NCBI GenBank assembly: GCA_048938005.1
Contig: JBHLMQ010000026.1
Span: 1-42,847, forward strand
Direction of reading: 5' to 3'
DNA length: 42,847 bases
Origin: Promethearchaeota archaeon
GTDB lineage: Archaea; Asgardarchaeota; Lokiarchaeia; Sigyniarchaeales; SOKP01
Positions 1 through 9,355 of this stretch are shown piece by piece; positions within the stretch are counted from its first letter, which is position 1; each line of letters starts with the position of its first letter. The notes under the pieces are model-generated. The model had not been told where the DNA came from, did no database searches, and saw only the letters and a list, made by a program, of their open reading frames with translations. A program made the translations under genes and the position numbers.

Positions 1-1975
1 CACACTGCCGAAGCTGCGTGTAGAAGTTCGCAAGCAAGCCTTATCCCAAAGTTACGGCTCTAATTTGTCGATTTCCCTAGCCTCCTTTACACGAATACGC
101 CTTAGGCTACTCACCTAGGGGCACCTGTGTTGGTTCTGGGTACGATCACGGCATTTCTTACTTTTGCTTTTTTAATAGGTCCTGGGCTCAGCGGAACCTT
201 CCACAATTGGATGGCTATTCATGCTTTAAGCTGGGTCTAAGTTTTACACTATTCACCAGCTTTATACATTTAAATAGGGAAATATTCGACGACCCTATTC
301 CACCTACCCTGAACCGTCAGCAGAAAGTCGTGCGTCACCGCTATTTGTAGTGCCGTGGTACAGGAATATAAACCTGTTTCCCTTTCGCGCATACCAGTTA
401 AGGGTGCGCTTAGGATCGACTAACTCTTCGCTGACGACGCATTGCAAAGAAACCCTTGCCCTTTCGGCGGATGGGATTCTAACCCATCTATGCTTTTACT
501 ATTACCAGGATCTGCACTCCAAGTCGGTCCACAGGAACTCACGCACCTGCTTCTACCCAACCTGGACGCTCCCCTACCAGATCACGGGGTTCTTCCGCCC
601 GTGCTCTTGGGTCTCGGTGGCAGATTTAAGCCCCGTCCATTTTCGGGGCTATATTTCTCGGCAAATGAGTTGTTACACACTCGTTAGGGAATGGCTACTT
701 CTATACCTATCCTTTTGCTGTCTTAGAAATATAACGCCCTTTAGTTTAACACTTAACCTGCACTTAGGGACCTTAACCCAAGTCTAGGTTGTTCCCTTCT
801 CGGCGATGGACTTTACGCCCACCAACCCGTTTCCCAGAGTCTTAGGTGCCAGCAGTTTCGGAGTTTAAGAGCGAGGCGAGGGATCTCTCCCCCGTACCAC
901 ACAATTAGTGCTCTACGCCACTGGCGACCTCGTCTGAGACTTGGCTGATACCAACTTCGGGGAGAACCAGCTATCACCGGTCTAGATTAGCCTTTTGCTC
1001 CTATTCCCAGTTCATCCAAGCGAATTGCACGTCAGCACTGGTGCAGACCTCCATCGCCCTTTCGAACGACTTCATCTTGACCAGGAATAGATCGACCGGC
1101 TTCGGGTATTATAGCAGAGACTTTTGGCCCTTTAAGACCATTCTTCTGGCCTAATTCCTTAGAAAGATTGGCTAAACGTTTTCAGAATGGCTGAACCACT
1201 CATAAACGAGTAGATTTTCCTAATGTGATAATTAGGTTGCAAGAATATTGGTTTCCCTATGCCTACGCGCCGTAAGGCGCTTAAGCTTGCCACTACTATA
1301 AACTCCCTGGCCAATGATTCCAGACTGATGATGCAACCCTAGTCCTCTGTATTTTGATATTCTGTCACCAGAACTCATTCATACAGAATCTGTCCTTTCA
1401 GGCTGCATCCTTACTAAGCTATTTGGTTTCAAGCGCTTTTCAAAGCCCTTCCGGGTTACTTTTCATCTTTCGCTCACGCTACTAGTACGCTATCGGTCTT
1501 GGGACATATTTAGATTTACCAGCGTGTATCTGGCACGTTCATACGAGAAAACCATCCCGCATTACTCGGGGACACTCGCAGCAGCCTTCTAGATTATGAT
1601 TACGCGGCTATCACGCTCTATGGCTCAGCATTCCAGGGGTATTCATCTTCTCTAGGGCGGCCGTACGAGGCCCACACACCACATTTCCCATAGGTTTCCT
1701 TATGGGATTCGGTTTGATCTATTCCGCTTTCGCTCGCTGTTACTCACGGAATCACTATTGTTTTCTTTTCCTCCTGGTACTAAAATGTTTTACTTCCCAG
1801 GGTTCCCCTTCCCTACCGGGAATCTTGCGGATTATTGGGCCGCAAGCGGATGTCCTATTCGAGGATCTCGGGGTCAGCGTCTTCATGCGACTAACCCGAG
1901 CTTATCGCAGCTTGTCGCGCTCTTCATCGGTGCCCAAGCCAAGATATCCACCAAACAGCGGAGGCGTATTGGCGT
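1..1975 (-). rRNA. rrl: 23S rRNA gene, 5' portion (continues past the left window edge)
   Basis: Reverse complement holds conserved LSU motifs (TGGTGGATATCTTGGCTTGGGCACCGATGAAG near the 5' end, GATAGCTGGTTCTCCCCGAA, CCGTAACTTTGGGATAAGG). The 5' boundary is approximate (+/-15 nt). Confidence 0.97.
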
Positions 1976-2624
1976 CTAGTTGAGGAAAGATTCAGATTGC
2001 TTGCATAAGGGTTTGCGTATTCGGAGACGGTAAGATAATTGAGCATTTTTTAGAGATTGCTCAATATCATTAATGACGATTTGAGACGATTATAAAAAGA
2101 CTTTTATTAAATAGGGAGTATGTTCCTATGAGCATGATTTTCATGCTTGGCGTAGCACATCGTTTCCCGTATCATCTCATTCATGGGGTATTTCATGCGC
2201 CGTACTGAAGCATTTCTTACATATTAGTATCTTTGCCATCAAATTCTCGCATGTTTCGCCTTATGAGGTGTACTTCCACGAGGCGTTGCCAATTAAAGGT
2301 GTATGTCATCCATATAGGATGAGATATTTTCTCACCAATAATTATCAATGGTAGAATTACCATCGACGAAGTATTAGAGTAAATACTTAATTAAAAATTT
2401 TATGGTCTAGATACATAAACTTTTATAGTGAAAACAAAGGGTTTGATCAATATTAATTATGTAGTTAATAAGTGGTGATCTCATAAAAAAATTCAGTGAT
2501 TTTCAGAGAAAAAATCAGAAAATATAGTAAGTTTTATAGTTTAATTATGAATACCATAAATTATTACTATTACACCTGTAAGATTTTGAAGGGATAGTGG
2601 GAAGTTCAAAAGGATAAAGAGCGA

Positions 2625-3497
2625 ATGACAGATACAAAAATTTTAATAGGTACATCTGGATGGGGCTATGATGAGTGGGTTGGTTCTTTTTACCCAAGGA
2701 GTTTAAGTAAAGAGGATTATTTATTGTATTATTCGGAGATTTTTTACACTAATGAGATAAACACGACGTTTTATAACATTCCATCGAGATGGGTTGTGGA
2801 TAATTGGGTTAAAAAAACACCGAGTGAATTTAAATTTTCAGCTAAGCTCCCTCAAACAATTACACATGAGCATAGGTTAGACATTGATATGTGTTTAGAT
2901 GATTTAGATTATTTTTTGAAGGTCATGGAGCCATTAATTGAATCAAGAAAGTTAATTGCATTTTTGATTCAATTACCACCTTCATTTACAAGGGAAGAAC
3001 ATTTTATTAATTTAAAGGAATTTATTGCCAATTGGCCTGGAAGTCCTGAAAGTGATGAATATCATTTAGTTGTTGAGTTTCGAGATAAGTCGTGGATGGA
3101 TGACGAGGTATTTAATTATTTAAAGGATAATTCTCTGACGTATTGTGCGGTCATAGAGCCATTGTTGCCTCCAAGAATGGATGTTACAAATCCAGCTTTC
3201 GCTTATATCAGATTTCATGGTTATGGTAAAAAGATTTGGTTTGACTATTGTTTTACTGAGGAGGAAATAAAAAAATGGGTGCATCCAATTCGAGAGGTAA
3301 TTCAAAAAGCAGATCGAGTTGGAATATATTTTAATAATCATTTTTCGGGATATGCAGCGAAGAATTCTTTGATGCTGATGAAGGAGTTAGATGTTGAGCC
3401 AAAAAGTTCGCCAGAAGAAGTGAGTATTTTAGATATTAAGAAGAAATCCGGAGAATTTTCGAAGGGACAGGTAGGTTTAGATAAATTTTTAAAATAA
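2625..3497 (+). CDS. DUF72 (YecE-like) family protein
   Basis: IGTSGWGY, EINTTFY, FSAKLP, LIQLPPSF, YIRFHG, YFNNH motifs typical of DUF72. Confidence 0.92.
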   Translation: MTDTKILIGTSGWGYDEWVGSFYPRSLSKEDYLLYYSEIFYTNEINTTFYNIPSRWVVDNWVKKTPSEFKFSAKLPQTITHEHRLDIDMCLDDLDYFLKVMEPLIESRKLIAFLIQLPPSFTREEHFINLKEFIANWPGSPESDEYHLVVEFRDKSWMDDEVFNYLKDNSLTYCAVIEPLLPPRMDVTNPAFAYIRFHGYGKKIWFDYCFTEEEIKKWVHPIREVIQKADRVGIYFNNHFSGYAAKNSLMLMKELDVEPKSSPEEVSILDIKKKSGEFSKGQVGLDKFLK

Positions 3498-3518
3498 ATT
3501 ACCTGAGATACAACGATT

Positions 3519-4526
3519 TTGAATAAAATTAAGTTAAGAATTGGTTTTATTGGAGCTGGATCCATAGGTAGTTTATTTGGTGGATATTTAGCAGATAATA
3601 AATCTGATATGTATTCGATAGAAGTAATTTTTTTTGCTTCAAAAGCCCATGCTGATGTGGTTAATAAGAAAGGGCTAAAATTGTATAGAAATCAACACAT
3701 GAAGGTAATCAAGACTATAAGAGCTTATGAAGATGAGAGATTTTTTGAAGAGAGAATAAAAAAAGATTCATCTATAGAATTTGATTTTATTTTTCTTACC
3801 ACAAAAGCATATGATATTGAATCTGCGCTGGTTCAGTATAAGAAATTAGTTGAAGTGAGTAAATATTTAGTGATTTTGCAGAATGGAATTGGAAATGAAG
3901 ATATTGTTAGTAAATATTGTGAAAAAGCAAAAATCATAAGAGTTGTGACTACAAATGGAGCTTTATTAGATAAACCAGGTCACTTAATTCATACAGGAGT
4001 AGGGATAACTAAAATTGGATTCCCATATCTAAAAGATCTCAAATTAGATGCAATTGAAAATGAACGAGTTAAATCAGATTTAATAAAACTAATGGATATT
4101 TTAATTTCATCAGGTTTAGAAACTATTGTAGTTAAAGACATAATTACGGAGTGTTGGGAAAAGGTTTTCGTTAATATTGGGATCAATGCGGTTGGGGCGT
4201 TAACTCGTTCACCAAATGGAAGATTACTGGAAGTAGAGGGGCTAAGAAATATTATGGGAGAAGCGATTAAAGAAGCAATTGAAGTTGCGGAGAAGAAAAA
4301 TATTACACTTCCTGAAAAAGATTATATATCAATAACCTATGATGTAGCTAAAATGACAGCGGAAAATAAGAATTCAATGTTGCAGGATATTTTAAATAGC
4401 CAACCGACTGAAATTGACTTTTTAAACGGAAGAATCTTAGAGTATGCAACAGAATTAGGTATTAAAGTGCCTATTAATGAAATTTTAACTTATTTAATAA
4501 AGGGATTAGAGCGCTCAACAATTTAG
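3519..4526 (+). CDS. panE: 2-dehydropantoate 2-reductase (ketopantoate reductase)
   Basis: GAGSIG Rossmann motif, TKAYD, LQNGIG, WEKVFVN, NSMLQD, TEIDFLNG. TTG start. Confidence 0.93.
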   Translation: MNKIKLRIGFIGAGSIGSLFGGYLADNKSDMYSIEVIFFASKAHADVVNKKGLKLYRNQHMKVIKTIRAYEDERFFEERIKKDSSIEFDFIFLTTKAYDIESALVQYKKLVEVSKYLVILQNGIGNEDIVSKYCEKAKIIRVVTTNGALLDKPGHLIHTGVGITKIGFPYLKDLKLDAIENERVKSDLIKLMDILISSGLETIVVKDIITECWEKVFVNIGINAVGALTRSPNGRLLEVEGLRNIMGEAIKEAIEVAEKKNITLPEKDYISITYDVAKMTAENKNSMLQDILNSQPTEIDFLNGRILEYATELGIKVPINEILTYLIKGLERSTI

Positions 4527-5065
4527 AAAGCTTTTGCATCTAAAGTCATATAATAAGCATTTTCGCCATCTCGATAATAATTCTTTTTGATGCTTTCAAT
4601 TTTATAATCATATTTTTCATATAATTTAATTGCAGTGTAGTTAGATACTCTTACTTCTAAAACGTAATCATGAATTTTGTATTTTTTTATTGCTTTCATA
4701 CTATTTGATAATAAAATATTAGCAATACCTTTTCTTCTATACTCTTCAGAGACAGCGATTGAAACAAGATGTGCTTTATTAACATATTTTAGACTATTAA
4801 CAGAGGGGGCTTTTTCAACTCTCCACATTATATAAGCTATTATTTTCCCGTCATTATTTTGAGCCACTAAAAAGCATTCTGGAAAATTATCAAGTATACT
4901 TTTATAGAAAAAGTATGGATAGTCTTCTGGTAATTCTTTTTCGTTTACTTCTATTACACCGTCTAAATCCTCTAGAGTACATTTTCTTATAAGAAATTCT
5001 GGTTCATTTTTCGGATTATCAAAGGTGTTAGTCTCCATTTCTTTATTAGTAGTCATCGTAATCAA
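4523..5065 (-). CDS. N-terminal acetyltransferase, Ard1/RimI-like GNAT
   Basis: LPEDY, HLVSIAV..EYRRKGIA, LEVRVSN, YYRDGENAY motifs. Confidence 0.9.
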   Translation of the reverse strand: MITMTTNKEMETNTFDNPKNEPEFLIRKCTLEDLDGVIEVNEKELPEDYPYFFYKSILDNFPECFLVAQNNDGKIIAYIMWRVEKAPSVNSLKYVNKAHLVSIAVSEEYRRKGIANILLSNSMKAIKKYKIHDYVLEVRVSNYTAIKLYEKYDYKIESIKKNYYRDGENAYYMTLDAKAF

Positions 5066-5162
5066 TGTTCAAGAATTTTTAAATAAAAAATAGCTTTAAT
5101 GATATATGGATTATAATAATAAAAACTTTTAAGCTTTTATGCATCATCATATTAAATTAAAT

Positions 5163-5960
5163 TCAAAATTTTATAATTTCAAATGCTTTTTCTTTTTGTT
5201 TTTCAATATATTCAATAATTAAATTGAGAGTATTTTGAATATTTTGTTTATTATTAAAGTTTTTAACAATATTGTTTAATCTTTCTTTTTTTAATTTTTT
5301 TAATTTGTTTGCGACAATTATCATTTCTGGTACAGTTCTTACGATATTATCAACAATAGTAATATCGGCCCATAATGCTGTTCTACTCAAGGGATTTAAG
5401 TCGATTGCAATGACAGTTTTATTTAATTTCTTAAGAGCTTCAGTTCTATCTCCATCTTCTAATGGGACCATCACAACATCTGCATCTCCAATTATTTCTA
5501 CTTTTCTTCTATTACTTTCAAGTCCTTCAAGTTCAACCATTTTATTTGCATCTGTTCCATAAATTACAGTCGCTCCCGCTTCATGTAAAATGTGTTTGAT
5601 TGCTTCAATTCTTCCTTTTTTTTGATAAAATAGATTAATTTCTAGAGGGGCATTTAGAACTTTAGATAAGGTTACGAGTTCCTTAGGCACTAAAGCGGCA
5701 ACATTTCCATTTACACTAATAACGGGTTTTTCAGCTATTAATAGTGCCGCCACTGCAGCATCTATTGCTTTTTTAGCGGACTGAGTAGTTTTTTCACCTA
5801 AAATATAATCAAAACATTCACCCCTCCCATGAGCTATTAAACCTGCTTCAGCAACTACTAAATTTTTCATACCTTCGATTATTTTATCACGATATTTTAG
5901 GCTTTCATAACGGGGGTGAGTTTTAGGAACTGGATGATTTGGATTTTCATTCGAAGTCAT
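5163..5960 (-). CDS. 4-phosphopantoate--beta-alanine ligase (archaeal phosphopantothenate synthetase)
   Basis: HPRYESL, GLIAHGRGECFDY, SVNGN, VPLEDGDR, IDLNPLSRT. Confidence 0.93.
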   Translation of the reverse strand: MTSNENPNHPVPKTHPRYESLKYRDKIIEGMKNLVVAEAGLIAHGRGECFDYILGEKTTQSAKKAIDAAVAALLIAEKPVISVNGNVAALVPKELVTLSKVLNAPLEINLFYQKKGRIEAIKHILHEAGATVIYGTDANKMVELEGLESNRRKVEIIGDADVVMVPLEDGDRTEALKKLNKTVIAIDLNPLSRTALWADITIVDNIVRTVPEMIIVANKLKKLKKERLNNIVKNFNNKQNIQNTLNLIIEYIEKQKEKAFEIIKF

Positions 5961-6048
5961 GATATTACACAGCCAATAATATTGTTCTTTATATAGATTG
6001 ATATAAAGAAAAACTATTAATCTTTTGTATAATTTTTAAACTTTGTAG

Positions 6049-7329
6049 ATGCATATGAGTTCAGCAGTGAAAAACAAACCTAACGATTTAAATCTCTATA
6101 GAATAAAGAAGTTATTAGATGATCTTAGAAGTAAAAAAGGGTTTCATACAGAATTAATTTCATTATATATTCCTCACGATAGAAAGATTTCTGATGTGAC
6201 AAATCATCTAAAAAATGAAATTAGTGAAAGTGCAAATATTAAATCAAAATTAACACGAAAAAATGTGACAGATAGTATTAATAGTCTTTTAGGTCAGCTA
6301 AAAAACATAAAAGAAGTTCCTGAAAACGGATTAGTTATGTTTTCAGGAGCAATTCCTCAAGGCAATACTCCTGGTACAGAAAAAAATGAAATGTATATTG
6401 TTGATCCTCCTGATAGAGTAGTAACATTTAGATATCATTGCGCTAGCGAATTTTTATTATGGCCTTTAGAAGAAATGCTTTCATCTAAAGAAACATACGG
6501 TTTATTAGTTATTGGGAGAGCAAAATCTGCGGTGGGTTATATTAAGGGAAATAAAGTTGAAATTTTGCCTGAATTTACATCTGGTATACATGGTAAGCAC
6601 AGAGCTGGAGGACAATCACAAAGAAGGTATGAAAGATTGATCGAAGAAGGAGAAAAACAGTTTTATCGCAGGATTTCAGACACAGTAAATGAACTCTTTC
6701 TATCGATGGAAGATCTGCAGGGCATTTTTATTGGTGGTCCAGGTCAATCAAAAGAAAGGTTTGTTAATGATGAGACTTTGGATTATAGGTTGAAAGACAA
6801 AATTTTAGACGTTGTTGATCTTGGTTATGGAGGAGCAGAGGGGATTCGAGCGTTGATAGATAAGATTAAAGATAAGATAGAGGATATAAAATATATACGA
6901 GAGAAGCAGATTATGCAACAGTTTATGAAAGAAATTTCTACTGACTCGGGTCTGGCATCCTATGGATTAGATGATGTACGAAGAGCCTTAAATTATGGTG
7001 TTGTTGATACATTAATGCTTTCAGAAAAATTGGATTTATATAAAGTTAAATTAGAATGTTCAAACTGTGGTTATCTTGAAATAAGAATTGTAAAAGAAAT
7101 TGATCTCGATACTGTTAGTGCAAATACCCAGGAAGAATCTTGTCCTAAATGTAGTTCAAATACGTTTAATATGAATGAAAAGATTTCAATAATCGAGGAA
7201 TTAGGAGAACTTGCTGAAACAACTGGCGCGATTGTTGATATCTTATCTACAGAAACAGAAGAAGGAGAAATGTTACATAGCACTTTTGGAGGAATCGCAG
7301 CAATTCTACGTTATAAGATTGATTATTAA
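6049..7329 (+). CDS. prf1: Peptide chain release factor aRF1
   Basis: NIKS motif, GGQS motif (HRAGGQSQRR), C-terminal zinc ribbon, FGGIAAILRY. Confidence 0.98.
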   Translation: MHMSSAVKNKPNDLNLYRIKKLLDDLRSKKGFHTELISLYIPHDRKISDVTNHLKNEISESANIKSKLTRKNVTDSINSLLGQLKNIKEVPENGLVMFSGAIPQGNTPGTEKNEMYIVDPPDRVVTFRYHCASEFLLWPLEEMLSSKETYGLLVIGRAKSAVGYIKGNKVEILPEFTSGIHGKHRAGGQSQRRYERLIEEGEKQFYRRISDTVNELFLSMEDLQGIFIGGPGQSKERFVNDETLDYRLKDKILDVVDLGYGGAEGIRALIDKIKDKIEDIKYIREKQIMQQFMKEISTDSGLASYGLDDVRRALNYGVVDTLMLSEKLDLYKVKLECSNCGYLEIRIVKEIDLDTVSANTQEESCPKCSSNTFNMNEKISIIEELGELAETTGAIVDILSTETEEGEMLHSTFGGIAAILRYKIDY

Positions 7330-7346
7330 TTAAAAAAGTTATAGAA

Positions 7347-8342
7347 TTGAAAATGGAATTAAGAAATCTCTTATTAAATTTAAAAATTGTTATGTTTGGG
7401 GGGAAAGGAGGGGTTGGAAAAACAAGTTGCGCAGCAAGTTCTGCAATATGGGCTGCGGAACATGGAAGAAATACATTAATTATAAGTACAGATCCTGCAC
7501 ACTCATTAGGTGATAGTTTAGGAGTTGAATTACCTCCTGGCATTCCTACTCCTATTGAAAATGTTGATAATCTAACAGCTTTAGAAATTAACCCTAAAGT
7601 GAATATGGCAGAATTTAGAGGGCTGACCAATATAAATCCTATGGAAGAGATGGGAATGGAAGGGATAATGGAAAATATGCCATTATTGGGTGATATGGAA
7701 GATTTAACTTCAACGAATCCTCCCGGAATTGATGAAGCGTTAGCTTTTGGAAAGATTTTAGAGTTTATAGAGACTGAACATGATTATGATTTAGTTATTT
7801 TTGATACAGCACCAACTGGTCATACTCTAAGGTTTTTAGGTTTACCCGAAACTTTGTCAAGTTGGATAGGTAAGCTTTTAAAAATGAGAATAAGATTAGG
7901 AAAGATGTTTGGTGCTTTTAAAAGATTGTTTACTCGAGAAGAAAAGAAAACAGATAATTCTTTAGAAGTTTTAGAAAGATTAAATCAGTCTATATTAAAT
8001 GCAAGAGAAGATCTTACCAATCCAATTAAAAATTCTTTTATAATTGTAATGATTCCAGAAGAAATGGCAATATTTGAAACCGGTCGTTTATTAAATGAAT
8101 TGGTTAAACATGAAATTCCTGTTTCCAATATTGTTGTGAATCAATTATACCAAGATACAACTGAGTTATGCGATTTTTGTAAAGGCAGACGAAAAATGCA
8201 GCAAAAAAACTTAAGTAAGATAAAAAAAATTTTTGGGGAGAAACTAAATAAAAATTTGATTGAAGTTCCTTTATTCAAGGAAGAAATAAGAGAATATGGC
8301 AGATTAAAGGAAATGGGAGAGTTTTTAATTGATTATAATTAA
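7347..8342 (+). CDS. Get3/TRC40 (ArsA-family) ATPase
   Basis: GGKGGVGKT, STDPAHS, DTAPTGHT, Met-rich insert, CxxC (CDFC..R..MQ). Confidence 0.93.
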   Translation: MKMELRNLLLNLKIVMFGGKGGVGKTSCAASSAIWAAEHGRNTLIISTDPAHSLGDSLGVELPPGIPTPIENVDNLTALEINPKVNMAEFRGLTNINPMEEMGMEGIMENMPLLGDMEDLTSTNPPGIDEALAFGKILEFIETEHDYDLVIFDTAPTGHTLRFLGLPETLSSWIGKLLKMRIRLGKMFGAFKRLFTREEKKTDNSLEVLERLNQSILNAREDLTNPIKNSFIIVMIPEEMAIFETGRLLNELVKHEIPVSNIVVNQLYQDTTELCDFCKGRRKMQQKNLSKIKKIFGEKLNKNLIEVPLFKEEIREYGRLKEMGEFLIDYN

Positions 8343-9355
8343 TGAGAGAATTCTTTTAAATAACTACAATATGTACAAATCTTACCGTTTCCGCACGGAT
8401 AACCGCATGATTGGCACGAATTATATTTTTCTTTTTCTTTTTGATTGTAAAGTGTTTTAGACAGTTCTAAAAACCCATTAAATAGGTTAAATTCTATTTC
8501 TGGACTAAATTTTTTGCATTCTTGAATAAAATTTAAGACTCTTTTCCTTATTATTGGATCTTTTTCTCTATAAGGACAGTGTGATGGATAATAATCGAAT
8601 TTCTTAATATTTGAATATAAAAAAATTTCTTCTTCAGGGATTCTTATTAAAGGTGTTATTTTTTTAATGAAATATTTGCTTATTTCTTTATTTTCTTCTT
8701 TGAAAAAATATTGATTTGCTATTATATTCAAGCGCTTATACAAAATATTCATTAGATAAGTTTCTGCAAAATCTGTAAGATTATGGCCCATAGCTAAAAC
8801 AGTACCTCCTAGTTCTTTAGCTCCATCATTTAATAATCTTCGCCTTATTGCAGCACAATAATTGCAAGCATATTGGTAATCTGGAGAGTGCTTTTTTATA
8901 TTAATAATCTCATCTAATGTGTACCCAATTTTTTCTTTAAACGAAATAATCTTGTATTCAATATCATATTCATGGCAAAATTCCGTAGCTTTTTTAATAC
9001 TATTTTCTCGATATTCTTCTATTCCTTCATTTATAGTTAAGGCAATAATTGGTTCAGAATGATGGGTTCGATTTTGAATATTAATTAGATTATAAAGAAG
9101 GGAAATTGAATCTTTTCCTCCGGATAATGCCACAACAATTCTGTCCTTTGGATTGAGCATTTTATATTTGGAAATCGTTTTGTAAATGATTTTTTCAATA
9201 TTTTTTTGAAAACAATCGGGACACAGGTTTTCTCCTGAATATTTTCTTTGGATTATAATAGAATTTTTACAATGTGAACATTTTCCTTTTTTCAAAAAAA
9301 TTTTATAATTACTCATTAAAATCTTTAAAAAAGTATAGTTTTTTATTGAATCCAA
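8339..9355 (-). CDS. tRNA 2-thiolation protein, NcsA/TtuA/Ctu1 family
   Basis: N- and C-terminal Zn fingers, PP-loop SGGKDS, CNYC, GHNLTD, CPY. True start probably the downstream Met (MSNYK, about 9316). Confidence 0.88.
   Translation of the reverse strand: MDSIKNYTFLKILMSNYKIFLKKGKCSHCKNSIIIQRKYSGENLCPDCFQKNIEKIIYKTISKYKMLNPKDRIVVALSGGKDSISLLYNLINIQNRTHHSEPIIALTINEGIEEYRENSIKKATEFCHEYDIEYKIISFKEKIGYTLDEIINIKKHSPDYQYACNYCAAIRRRLLNDGAKELGGTVLAMGHNLTDFAETYLMNILYKRLNIIANQYFFKEENKEISKYFIKKITPLIRIPEEEIFLYSNIKKFDYYPSHCPYREKDPIIRKRVLNFIQECKKFSPEIEFNLFNGFLELSKTLYNQKEKEKYNSCQSCGYPCGNGKICTYCSYLKEFSH

Noticed and set aside
350-1983. Four plus-strand ORFs (350-787, 442-687, 1702-1983, 1758-1979)
   Set aside because: Antisense to the 23S rRNA; typical spurious rRNA ORFs.
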